A stretch of 64,000 nt of DNA from an uncultured Alphaproteobacteria bacterium (GCA_902579395.1 CACHGK010000002.1:155767-219766), one strand, 5' to 3'. Counted from the stretch's first letter, positions 17,191-26,583 are shown. Notes: generated by a model not told the origin, from the sequence alone. A program made the numbers and translations.

Positions 17191-17238
17191 GTTTGTGGTA
17201 CCGGAGGCCGGGGGTTCAAATCCCCTCAGCCACCCCAT
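17191..17238 (+). repeat. Exact 48-nt direct repeat of the tRNA-His 3' half (distal island boundary, attR-like)
   Basis: Identical to 9011-9058 (GTTTGTGGTACCGGAGGCCGGGGGTTCAAATCCCCTCAGCCACCCCAT). Confidence 0.9.
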
Positions 17239-17262
17239 CTGAATGAAACTAATAGAAATATT

Positions 17263-18075
17263 TTACTGACAACTTTCTATATCTACTTTTGTGTCTAAAA
17301 ATTCATCTCCATTATAATTAGTTTTTACACCTTTAATCATAGAGGCATCTTCAAAGTCAAATCCTGTGCTTATTCTTATATATTTATCGTCAATACATTT
17401 TTTATGAGATGGATCAAATGCCACCCAACCCAAATCCTTTATAAAAATTTCTGCCCAGGCATGAGAAGTATTTTCACCAGAAGTAGTTTCTTCCAACAAA
17501 AAACCATTAACATATCTAGCAGGAAATTGATTAAACCTTGCAGCACTAATAAGTATGTGTGCAAAATCTTGACAAACTCCTTTTTTTTGCTTTAAAGCAT
17601 CCTTTGAACACGTAGAAGTTGTGGTTGATCCACTTACGTATTTAATTGAGTTTGATACTATTAAATTTAGTTTATGTACAAATTCAATATAATTCTTATT
17701 ATTATTTTTTTTTGCTTCAGATGAAATTTTTTCAATATTTTTACAGGGTTTCGTTAAATCAGTTTCTCTCAGAAAACAAAGTGGATGAACTTTTTCCTTC
17801 AATCCTTTGACAATACCAGATAAATCTTTGGTTTTTAATATTCCTTGTGAGGTGATTTTAAGTTGTCCACTAAAATTCTTTATAAAAATATTCTGTACTC
17901 TGTGTCCTAGTCCATCAAAGTGAGATTCAATTATTTTTCCGTTACTGGTAGATGTTTCCCAGTCTAATATTTCTTGATTATCGCATATTGATGGATAGAG
18001 TTTTAAACATTGTATAAGCCTTGGTACTGTGGAACTGTATTTATAAGTTGTTGAGTGTTTGATTTTAATTTTCAT
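17263..18075 (-). CDS. Transglutaminase-like cysteine peptidase family protein
   Basis: GVCQDFAHILISAARFNQFPARYVNGF...HAWAEIF...WVAFDPS supplies the Cys-His-Asp transglutaminase core blocks. Confidence 0.85.
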   Translation of the reverse strand: MKIKIKHSTTYKYSSTVPRLIQCLKLYPSICDNQEILDWETSTSNGKIIESHFDGLGHRVQNIFIKNFSGQLKITSQGILKTKDLSGIVKGLKEKVHPLCFLRETDLTKPCKNIEKISSEAKKNNNKNYIEFVHKLNLIVSNSIKYVSGSTTTSTCSKDALKQKKGVCQDFAHILISAARFNQFPARYVNGFLLEETTSGENTSHAWAEIFIKDLGWVAFDPSHKKCIDDKYIRISTGFDFEDASMIKGVKTNYNGDEFLDTKVDIESCQ

Positions 18076-19031
18076 GTCTCTAGACCAAAAAAGTATTTCT
18101 GTTCAAATTTTTTGTAAACAAAATTTATTTCTTCAATAAAGGATTTTAAAAATTCATGTAAACCAATTTCTGTGATTTTATTAGCATTTAAATTTTTTAT
18201 ATTTTTATACATCAGTCCTATTTTTTTGTTTGAAGTCGAGGTTTGTTTATAAAATTTTGACAACCTTCCTAAATGATGATTAATTTTTTCTATTGAAAAA
18301 ATTAAAGATCTTGGGCAAGTCATATTCAGAATTAAAAAATCTATGATTTTGGTGTATGTAATTTCTTGTCCACCATATGCCCACTTAAATGCCCTGAATG
18401 ATGAAATTGACCTTAACATCAAACTCCATTGAAAATTATCAATGTCACTGCCAACATAATTGATACTTGGAAGTAAAATAAAATATTTTACGTTAATAAT
18501 TCTTGCAGTAAAATCTGCTCTTTCAAAATAAGTTCCTAATATTAAAAAATCATAGCCATCATTTATTAGTTGGGTGTTAAGTATTGTACCTCTTATTAAA
18601 TTTACTTGTCTTTTTATCCATTCAATAATTTCGGGTAATTCTTTTAAGATACTTTTAGTATCTTTCATATTTTTGTCTAATTCGTGATATGACGAATTAA
18701 CTGCATTCCATACTTCGAGTGTTACAGCAGTTCTGACCATTCTAATATTTTCTCTTGCAGTTTTTATACAGTTTTTAACTGAAGAAGAGTTTTCAGGGTC
18801 AAAAAGTAGATAGAAAATAATTTTTTCTTTAGATATTTTTTTATATTTTTTAAGATATTCATCTTTTATTCCAGAAGTTTCTAGAATTGATTCCCATTCG
18901 TTTGTATAACCTCTTTCAGTATTGGGAATCAAAGAAATTCTGTAACCAACCTCTAAAAGTCTAGCTAATGAATCAGCTCGCTCAATATATCTAGCTGACC
19001 AAAATAAATTTTCTGCGGTTCTACTTAACAT
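18072..19031 (-). CDS. Alpha-E domain protein (DUF403 type)
   Basis: The N-terminus MLSRTAENLFWSARYIERADSLARLL is the hallmark of alpha-E proteins. It overlaps the neighbouring gene by 4 nt. Confidence 0.85.
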   Translation of the reverse strand: MLSRTAENLFWSARYIERADSLARLLEVGYRISLIPNTERGYTNEWESILETSGIKDEYLKKYKKISKEKIIFYLLFDPENSSSVKNCIKTARENIRMVRTAVTLEVWNAVNSSYHELDKNMKDTKSILKELPEIIEWIKRQVNLIRGTILNTQLINDGYDFLILGTYFERADFTARIINVKYFILLPSINYVGSDIDNFQWSLMLRSISSFRAFKWAYGGQEITYTKIIDFLILNMTCPRSLIFSIEKINHHLGRLSKFYKQTSTSNKKIGLMYKNIKNLNANKITEIGLHEFLKSFIEEINFVYKKFEQKYFFGLET

Positions 19032-19036
19032 ATTAA

Positions 19037-20443
19037 TTATTCATTTAGGATCCATGTATCTTTAACCCCTCCACCTTGAGATGAATTAACCACTAATGAA
19101 CCCTTATTCAAAGCCACCCTTGTTAGTCCACCATCAACTAATTTTGTTTTATTTGCACCAACTAAACAAAATGGTCTAAGATCAACGTGTCTTGGAGATA
19201 ATTTCTTTTTATCAAAGATGGGTACTGAGGATAATTCGAGTATGGGTTGGGCTATATAGTTTTCTGGGTTTAAAAGAATTTTTTTCCTAAAAATTTCAAT
19301 TTCTTTTTTTGAAGATCTACTTCCAATTAATAAACCATAACCTCCAGAGCCATGAACCTCTTTAACAACTAATTTATTTAAATTATTTATAACGTATTTT
19401 TTTGCATCATCTTCATAGCACCTCCACGTTTTAACATTTTCTAGAATAGGTTCTTCTCCTAGATAAAATTTAATTATATCAGGTATATAAGAGTAAATAG
19501 CTTTATCATCAGCTATACCTGAACCTGGAGCTGAACAAATATTTACATTACCAGACTTGTACGAATCAAATAAACCAGGAATTCCAATTAGTGATGAACT
19601 ATCAAAAGTGATTGGATCAATAAATTTATCATCAATCCTTCTATAAATTATGTCCACTTTTTCTGGACCCCGAGTTGTTTTCATATATGTTATCGAATCA
19701 TTAACAAAAAGATCAGTTCCTTGAACTAACTCAACTCCCATAAGATCAGCGAGAAAACTATGCTCATAATAAGCACTATTAAAAGAGCCAGGAGTTAAAA
19801 TCACTACTTTTGGTTCTTTATTACATTTTTTTGGGGCTAGACTTTTTAAAACATCTAACAAATAACTCGGATAATTTTCTACTGTTTCAATTTTCAATTT
19901 CTCAAATAATTCTGGAAACATTCTCATCATTATTTCTCTATTTTCGATCATATATGAAACTCCAGACGGAGTTCGACAATTATCCTCTAGAACTTTAAAA
20001 ATATTTTCATTAATTCTTACTATATCTGATCCAATTATTGGGCTATAGATTCTTTTGGGAACCTTAAAACCAATCATTTTAATTTCATATGCTGGGTTTT
20101 TATAAATTAAATTTTCTGGTATTAATTTTGCTTTTATAATTTCGCCAGAATTATAAATGTCATTAAGAAAAGCATTAATAGCTAATGCTCTTTGAATAAC
20201 CCCTTTTTTAATTCTTTTCCATTCTATTGAGGAAATTATCCTTGGAAACATGTCAAATGGAATTAAACGCTCTGAAGAATCAAAGTTATTATAAACGGAA
20301 AATGTTATACCTATCTTTTTAAAGAGATTTTCAGCCTCATTTTTTTTTTTTACAATCACATTTTCGGGCAAAGACTTAGCCCAATCATATATTTGATTAT
20401 AAAATTTTCTTACTTTTGAGTTTTTATAAACTTCGTTGTACAT
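19037..20443 (-). CDS. Circularly permuted type-2 ATP-grasp protein
   Basis: 468 aa with a conserved C-terminus (...GGLTRVAL..GSLVVNSSQGGGVKDTW). It sits in the known ATP-grasp / alpha-E / transglutaminase gene triad. Confidence 0.8.
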   Translation of the reverse strand: MYNEVYKNSKVRKFYNQIYDWAKSLPENVIVKKKNEAENLFKKIGITFSVYNNFDSSERLIPFDMFPRIISSIEWKRIKKGVIQRALAINAFLNDIYNSGEIIKAKLIPENLIYKNPAYEIKMIGFKVPKRIYSPIIGSDIVRINENIFKVLEDNCRTPSGVSYMIENREIMMRMFPELFEKLKIETVENYPSYLLDVLKSLAPKKCNKEPKVVILTPGSFNSAYYEHSFLADLMGVELVQGTDLFVNDSITYMKTTRGPEKVDIIYRRIDDKFIDPITFDSSSLIGIPGLFDSYKSGNVNICSAPGSGIADDKAIYSYIPDIIKFYLGEEPILENVKTWRCYEDDAKKYVINNLNKLVVKEVHGSGGYGLLIGSRSSKKEIEIFRKKILLNPENYIAQPILELSSVPIFDKKKLSPRHVDLRPFCLVGANKTKLVDGGLTRVALNKGSLVVNSSQGGGVKDTWILNE

Positions 20444-20707
20444 TTTATTTAACTTGTAAGCGGAGTAGTAAGAGACAGATGGATGCGTTCCTTCGGCTTC
20501 AAACCTACTTCCGACCTCAAGGGTTGAACGTATATTAAAGATTATAACTAATAATTTTCTAAATCAAGATTTATTTGTTTTGTTTTACAGGCTAGAGTTT
20601 TTAAATTTACTAAACCACCCTCTGCTTATTATTTAATTTAATTCCGATATGTAATCGATTTTTAAAATTTCGATTGCTTTTGAAGGTCAAATGATTAGAT
20701 TTTCATA

Positions 20708-21016
20708 ATGAAAAGTTTTTTTTTAATTGCATTTCTTCTTTCATACAGTTTTTTATCAGAAGCTAAAAATCCTGAGGAAAAAGATCTTAGTTGTATAACT
20801 TTATTAAAATTAGCAAGTGAAAAAAGCAAAATGGATGGTGAAATGATAAAGTATGAAAAACTTAAAAAGCTAAAAAAGAGTATAAAAGCTAAATACAATA
20901 ATAATCATTTTTCAGAAAAAGATACTCAATTAAAATTAGACGAACATAATTTGAATATAATTGAAAAGGGTCAAAGATATATAAATAAAAATCTACAGAA
21001 GTGTGGATTAAAATAA
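20708..21016 (+). CDS. Small secreted hypothetical protein
   Basis: Signal-like N-terminus MKSFFLIAFLLSYSFLSEA, then a charged helical body with two Cys. It competes with an antisense 67-aa ORF. No homology was recognised. Confidence 0.35.
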   Translation: MKSFFLIAFLLSYSFLSEAKNPEEKDLSCITLLKLASEKSKMDGEMIKYEKLKKLKKSIKAKYNNNHFSEKDTQLKLDEHNLNIIEKGQRYINKNLQKCGLK

Positions 21017-21377
21017 AAATCATACTTTTTTAAAAACAATTAAAAATTTAAATTAAAAATTACTTTAAAATATTGTAATATAAGCAAATGATAAAATTGT
21101 TTTCTTAATTTTCTTACTAGTAGAATTTTATCAAAGATAATTATTCATAAAAAATAAAAGTGAATAAACTTTAAAATGCGAAAATAAAAAATTTATTTTT
21201 TTATATATCGATTATATTTGGCGTATAAACATATGGAACTGTTTCGATTATAATTAATTGACTTTAGTATGACAAACCAATTAATCTTTAAATTTAAGTT
21301 AATAAAAAGTCTAAAATGACGAAGAAGGTTTGATTATGTAAATTATTTTCTATAATCAATAAAGAAAGGAGTGAATT

Positions 21378-22109
21378 ATGGAAAAAGTGGCATTTATTTC
21401 AGGAGCAAATAGGGGAATAGGTTTAGAAACCTCAAAAAAGTTAGCAGAAACAGGAGTTAAGGTGATTTTAGGATCTAGAAATATAGAGAATGGTGAAAAA
21501 GCAGTTGAGCAACTATCGAAACTTGGACTAGAAACAGACTTAGTTCAGTATGATGCATTTGATTTAGATGCACCTCAAAAAGTTTTTGATTTTATTTCGC
21601 AAAAATATAATAAATTAGATATTCTTATTAACAATGCAGGAGTTCTTTTAAATAATAATTTATTTGTTACTAATAGTTCAAGTGTAAGTGATAAGGATAT
21701 AAAAAACACATTTCAAACAAATCTTTTCGCCGTAATTTCTCTTACTCAAAAATTACTTCCTCTATTAAAAAAATCTGATGCTGGCAGGATAGTTAATGTG
21801 TCAACTATCTTAAGTTCTTTAACATTACACTCGTCTAAAGACTCACCAATTGCACCAGCCAAGGAATTTTCTTACAATGCTTCTAAGACTGCTTTGAATG
21901 CATATACAATTCATCTTGCAGCAGAATTAAAGGACACAAAAATTAAAGTTAACTCTGGTCATCCCGGGTGGGTGAAAACCGAGTTAGGTGGACCAAATGC
22001 CCCCATGGAAATAAAAGACAGCTATAAAACATCACTTCGGTTAGCTACATTAAATGAGGACGGACCAACTGGTGGACTATTTCATGAAGAAGATACAATA
22101 CCATGGTAA
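21378..22109 (+). CDS. Short-chain dehydrogenase/reductase (carbonyl-reductase-like)
   Basis: SD AAAGGAG; cofactor motif ISGANRGIGLE; NNAG; catalytic YNASK. Confidence 0.85.
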   Translation: MEKVAFISGANRGIGLETSKKLAETGVKVILGSRNIENGEKAVEQLSKLGLETDLVQYDAFDLDAPQKVFDFISQKYNKLDILINNAGVLLNNNLFVTNSSSVSDKDIKNTFQTNLFAVISLTQKLLPLLKKSDAGRIVNVSTILSSLTLHSSKDSPIAPAKEFSYNASKTALNAYTIHLAAELKDTKIKVNSGHPGWVKTELGGPNAPMEIKDSYKTSLRLATLNEDGPTGGLFHEEDTIPW

Positions 22110-22173
22110 TTATTAATTCTTTTTAAAAAAATTTATTCTTTGGAAATCATCAATGGATTAAAAAATCTAGATA

Positions 22174-22569
22174 ATGTATAAATCAGTTTCTTACAAATTT
22201 TTTTTTATTTTTTGTATTTTTGTTTTTGAGTGTATAGCAAAAACATTTGAATCAGTTCCATTTATTTGTGCAGATGAAGTTGGACCAACTTTAGAATTTT
22301 CTATACCAAAATTTAAAGAAGACCAAAAACAAGATAAAATATCATTTAAAATTTACGACTCAGAGAATAGAAAATCTTTTAATATCATTGAAGGAAATGT
22401 AGAAAAGAAATCAAGTCCAATAGACACATCTTATTTTTTCTATAATGTTAACACCTTAAATAAAAACGATATGCAGGAAATCAATTTTCAATTTTTTCCC
22501 CCTTCTCATTTATTACTCAAAAAAAAAAATTCGCAATTTACTGATCAAATTTGTTGGATTGATAAATAG
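22174..22569 (+). CDS. Small exported hypothetical protein
   Basis: N-terminal hydrophobic segment. No recognisable motif. Confidence 0.35.
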   Translation: MYKSVSYKFFFIFCIFVFECIAKTFESVPFICADEVGPTLEFSIPKFKEDQKQDKISFKIYDSENRKSFNIIEGNVEKKSSPIDTSYFFYNVNTLNKNDMQEINFQFFPPSHLLLKKKNSQFTDQICWIDK

Positions 22570-22656
22570 TGTGGTTAGAATTTAATCAGCTTTTCCGCTA
22601 CTTTTAGCAATTTTTGAAGAATTTCTGTTTTTTAAATATTAATCTAATAACAATAC

Positions 22657-23547
22657 TTATTTTAAAATTGTTAAATTTTTCTTTTTTAAAGCTTCAATCA
22701 GTTTGTCAATACTTGAATCATTAATAAAGTTTGAAAATTCTGATTTTTTTGTTGCAATTTCACTTACTGAACCAGCCAAGAGAACATCAAAAATCTTCCA
22801 TTTATTTTTTGTTTTTGTAAGTAAATAATCAATATTTATGTTTTCACTGTTATCTATATTTAGAACAGTCTTAACCATCCTAAAATCTTCATTGATTTTT
22901 TGAGTTTCCATTTTTTCAAACTTTATATTTGTCATTTTATGGAATCTTTTCAAATAATTTTTTGCAATATATTCTTCAAAAACTTTTTTAAGTTCATTTT
23001 GTTTTTCACTTGAAAGTTTCTTCCAGATATTACCTACAATCATTCCAGTCATTTTGTGAGTATCATAAGTAGTTTTTATCAATTCTAATACCTTTGCGTA
23101 ATTATTTAGTTTACCTTCACTAATTTTTTTTAGCCCAGCATGCAACTCACCTACAGTATGATTAGGGTCTTTATTAACCCCTTTTGTGTCAATTTCTTTC
23201 GCTTCAACAATTTTTTTTGCTTTATTAAGTGTTTCAGCTGTAGTTATTTTTTGTTCGTTCTTTTTCTTATCAGGTATTGATTTAAGAGGTTGTTCCTTTA
23301 ATTTTGATTGTTCTTTGGTTCCCTCACTCTTATTATTTAATAAATTATCATTAATAATATTATGAGAACTGTCATCATTATATTGATTATCATCTGAATT
23401 AATCTGAGTAGAAATTTCCTTTTCTATCTTTTTCTCGTTATTAAAAAAAACATAGAAAGAAATAACAATTAAAACTGTAATTATTAATACAACGGTAAAT
23501 CCATACTTTGACTTTAAAATTACCTTAATACTTAATTTGCTGTTCAT
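22657..23547 (-). CDS. MlaC/Ttg2D-like phospholipid-binding protein with membrane anchor and long low-complexity linker
   Basis: N-terminal TM helix, then about 100 aa of N/D/K/E-rich linker. The C-terminal domain (WKKLSSEKQNELKKVFEEYIAKNYLKRF...WKIFDVLLAGSVSEIATKKSEF) resembles MlaC-family blocks. Confidence 0.5.
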   Translation of the reverse strand: MNSKLSIKVILKSKYGFTVVLIITVLIVISFYVFFNNEKKIEKEISTQINSDDNQYNDDSSHNIINDNLLNNKSEGTKEQSKLKEQPLKSIPDKKKNEQKITTAETLNKAKKIVEAKEIDTKGVNKDPNHTVGELHAGLKKISEGKLNNYAKVLELIKTTYDTHKMTGMIVGNIWKKLSSEKQNELKKVFEEYIAKNYLKRFHKMTNIKFEKMETQKINEDFRMVKTVLNIDNSENINIDYLLTKTKNKWKIFDVLLAGSVSEIATKKSEFSNFINDSSIDKLIEALKKKNLTILK

Positions 23548-24383
23548 TTTTTTTCTATGTGAATATATTAACTAAAATAATAAATAGATCACATACTATA
23601 TTTTAATATTTTATATTTATCATAATTTTTTTTTATAACTCTTATACAATCTATTTTAAATTATTTTGTATTTTATTGCTTTTTTGCTGAGCCTTAAATA
23701 AAGTAACTTTTTTAATTATTTTGAGTTACTCAATTTAACATAATAATATTCTAGTTTTTCTTAATATGAATTAATATTATCATACCACTTTACTATCATT
23801 TTAGTAAAAACCTAACTATTCTTATAAATATCATTAATTTATTAAATATTATGTGTAGCCACACGTATTTCCGTGATTAAAATACATATCTTCAAGTCCA
23901 CAGATTACAGGCATTTTCAAAGATACTAATTAAAATAATATTATAATTTATCATTATTTTTATAATATTATAAAATTTGGTTGTTCTTACTTTCGAATTA
24001 AATTAACTTATTTTTTATCGTATTATATCGATAGATATTTAAAATATTATTAGAATTTTCTAAATAAATATTTATATCCTAAATTTAACATTGATGTAGC
24101 AAGGGATAGTTTTTAACTTGCACAAAATTAATTCTTTATTATTTTTTTGAATTTATTTTCATTTAGTACATTTTCTCAATATTAATTAAAAGATGTATTG
24201 TTACAAATTCACAAGTAAATCAATTCTAGTTATCATTATAAAAAAATTATCAATAATTAAAAAGTTTCTAATTATATTCTAAAAAATTCATGCAAAAAAA
24301 GATTATCGTTACTTAACTATTATTTTTTTATGTTTAATCATTCTTGAAAGCACTCTTACTATTATCTAATTTAATAGTCCAAA

Positions 24384-24962
24384 CTATAAAGTTATTAAAT
24401 AAACGATTATTAAAAGTATTAATATTGTACTTGCCGTTAAAACATTTTTTTTAATTATTTCAATTGATTTCTCCCCGTATTTATAAATTAAAAATGAAAC
24501 CAGAAAAAATCTCAAGCCTCTTGCCAACAAAGAAGCAAAAATAAATTGAATGAAATTAACACTCAATATGCCACATGCCAAACATGTAATTTTAAATGGA
24601 AATGGAGAGAAACCTCCAATCAATATCAAAACAATACCAAGCTCAGAGAAATCTTTTTCAAAAGCTTCTATTAAATTGTTTATATTTGGGTAAGAAACAC
24701 TTACCAATGGATAGAATAAATCCCATAGAGAACTTCCAATGTAATATGTAAAGATTCCACCAGCGACTGAAAATAGAGTTATAAAAAAAGCTAATCTAAG
24801 AAATTTATTTTCTGCAATTATGTAAGGTATAATAAATGGATCTGTCGGCAAAGGAAAAATTATTGATTCTGAAAAAGAAATAAAATACAAGACCCATTTC
24901 GAATTAGTTTTTTTACAAAAGTTTATTATTCTCTTGTATAAATAATCAAATATATTTGACAC
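24384..24962 (-). CDS. YqaA/DedA-superfamily membrane protein
   Basis: FISFSESIIFPLPTDPFIIP motif and about 5 TM segments. Confidence 0.6.
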   Translation of the reverse strand: MSNIFDYLYKRIINFCKKTNSKWVLYFISFSESIIFPLPTDPFIIPYIIAENKFLRLAFFITLFSVAGGIFTYYIGSSLWDLFYPLVSVSYPNINNLIEAFEKDFSELGIVLILIGGFSPFPFKITCLACGILSVNFIQFIFASLLARGLRFFLVSFLIYKYGEKSIEIIKKNVLTASTILILLIIVYLITL

Positions 24963-25093
24963 ATGTATTTATAACATTAAAAAATCAAATTGAATTATTC
25001 TTTTTGTTAATTTAACAATTTTGAATTTATTTCTTTAAAATTAAATCTATAAATATATTAGTATAAATTGAACTTACATTTACTAGATCTTTT

Positions 25094-25726
25094 ATGTCAA
25101 CAATAAATATCAATAGTGCAAAAGCTTGGCAATCCAAACATGAGTTAAGTGATTTTAATCCCAAGTTTATTTTTGAAAAAGACTTAACCATTAAAGAAGT
25201 TTTATTTTCTCTTGGTTTTTTTCTTTCCGTAATGTCGATCGAAACCCTTTTCAATCAGCCATTTCAGAGAAAAATTAAGATTTTCCATAATCACATCTTT
25301 AAGAAAATATTTCGAATAAAGTATGAAAAAATTGAAAGAGTTGAAATTAATTCTTTTGCATATAGTTTCTTTTTAATATTGCAAAAAGTATTTGAAGAGA
25401 ACGAAAGCCTTAAAAGATATACAAAAGAAATAATAGAAAACACCACTTGTCATTGGTGTAATATAGAGAACTTGAACGACAGTGAATTTTCCAATCGTCT
25501 TAATATTATTAATACTTTATGGATGAATAATAAGCATATAATTTTATCAAGGACTTATGAATCAAGAATTGATCTTATTTTTCTTTTGTACAAAAGTTTT
25601 GAACTGGGTATAAGCGATAAAAAAATAATAAAAAAAAATCTATCTGTTCTAATCTTCTCTGTAAGTAAAACACAAAAAGAATTTCGCTATGATGTGCTCA
25701 ACGAGTTGAAAAATAAAAAATTATAA
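25094..25726 (+). CDS. Hypothetical protein
   Basis: ORF only; the true start may be internal (MSIETLF...). No motif recognised. Confidence 0.35.
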   Translation: MSTININSAKAWQSKHELSDFNPKFIFEKDLTIKEVLFSLGFFLSVMSIETLFNQPFQRKIKIFHNHIFKKIFRIKYEKIERVEINSFAYSFFLILQKVFEENESLKRYTKEIIENTTCHWCNIENLNDSEFSNRLNIINTLWMNNKHIILSRTYESRIDLIFLLYKSFELGISDKKIIKKNLSVLIFSVSKTQKEFRYDVLNELKNKKL

Positions 25727-25890
25727 TAAGCTTGCCTTAAAGATTTTAAATTTATTTTTTAATAATTTTATTTTCTTAATTACACAAGTTTGTAATTAAA
25801 TTATTATTTTATTTAAATCTAAATTATATTTAAAGAGAGCTCAAAATTATAAAAAAAATTTTTATATCTGTTTATACTATTATTGCATCA

Positions 25891-26532
25891 GTGATTTTTG
25901 TTATATTCATTTTTAACCATGAATTCCTTTTCTCTTTAAATTTTAATCTCCTTTATGAGTATTATTTAGATTTAAAATCTTATGTTAACGAAAATCTGAT
26001 TATATTAATGACGGGATATTTAATTTTTTCTATAGTTTGGATTACTTTTATCGGTCTTGGATCTCCAGTGATTCTATTAGCCACTTTTATGTTTGGATAT
26101 GTTGGTGCATTTTTATCTATTTTTTCTTTTACTATCGGATCTACATTTTCATTCTTATTCGCTAAAAACTTTAGTCACTTTATAAAAAATTCTATTGTAA
26201 ATCTAAAAATTACTAATAATTCTTTTTTCCTTTTTGTAATTTTTAGATTTATACCTGGAATTCCGTTAATTATTAAAAATTTTTCAGGAATTTTTTTTAA
26301 TGTTAGTAATATTCAGTTTATCAAGGCGACAGTAATTGCTGAAGTTCCTCAAATAATCCTTGTTACTTTTATCATTCAAAGACTGATTGAATCCTCCGAA
26401 TTACTAATTTACAATTTTGATATTTCAGTTTTATCAGAAAAGCTTTTCATCCCTATTTTTCTGATGTTAATTTTTGTAATTTTTATTTTCATTCTTAAAG
26501 TAAAGTTTCATAAATTTTTCATAAAAAATTAA
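25891..26532 (+). CDS. TVP38/TMEM64 (DedA-related, SNARE-associated) family membrane protein
   Basis: Multiple TM segments; RFIPGIPLIIKNFSGIFFNVSNIQFIKATVIAEVP matches the family core (R-x-x-P-x-x-P...G). Confidence 0.6.
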   Translation: MIFVIFIFNHEFLFSLNFNLLYEYYLDLKSYVNENLIILMTGYLIFSIVWITFIGLGSPVILLATFMFGYVGAFLSIFSFTIGSTFSFLFAKNFSHFIKNSIVNLKITNNSFFLFVIFRFIPGIPLIIKNFSGIFFNVSNIQFIKATVIAEVPQIILVTFIIQRLIESSELLIYNFDISVLSEKLFIPIFLMLIFVIFIFILKVKFHKFFIKN

Positions 26533-26583
26533 ATCTTCTTTTTTAAATTATTAATTTCTATATAATTTATATTGGAGAATAGT

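Larger units (their letters stand above)
9058..17238 (+). mobile_element. Composite tRNA-His-linked genomic island (three tandem att-bounded segments, no recognisable integrase)
   Basis: It starts at the 3' end of tRNA-His. It is subdivided by direct repeats of the tRNA 3' half at 15647-15693, 16285-16330 and 17191-17238, the last identical to 9011-9058 over 48 nt. Confidence 0.6.

Noticed and set aside
20458-20532. Glycine riboswitch identity for the GC-rich leader (contains GCCGAAGGAACGC on the minus strand)
   Set aside because: The other conserved glycine-aptamer elements (GGAGAG and CTCAGGCAAAAGGAC-like strands) are absent. I kept it only as an unclassified candidate structured RNA.
20695-20898. 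67-aa minus-strand ORF overlapping the 102-aa plus-strand ORF
   Set aside because: It is purely hydrophobic and low-complexity. The plus-strand ORF is longer and has a signal-peptide-like start, although that ORF is itself only weakly supported.
23548-24383. Replication origin hypothesis for the long AT-rich spacer
   Set aside because: I saw only one weak DnaA-box-like 9-mer (AAGTCCACA). Neither dnaA, hemE nor parAB is adjacent. TTAA-N7-TTAA patterns are expected by chance at this base composition.
25027-25254. 75-aa minus-strand ORF overlapping the 5' end of the 210-aa plus-strand ORF (25094-25726)
   Set aside because: It has no motif and no visible RBS, and it is the shorter of the two overlapping frames. 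The 210-aa ORF it competes with is itself only weakly supported (confidence 0.35) and may start internally, so the 25027-25254 stretch may simply be non-coding.
25776-25799. 9-bp inverted repeat TTAATTACA-N6-TGTAATTAA after ORF 25094-25726
   Set aside because: The stem is entirely A/T, so its stability is low and its chance probability high in this genome. It is not reported as a terminator.
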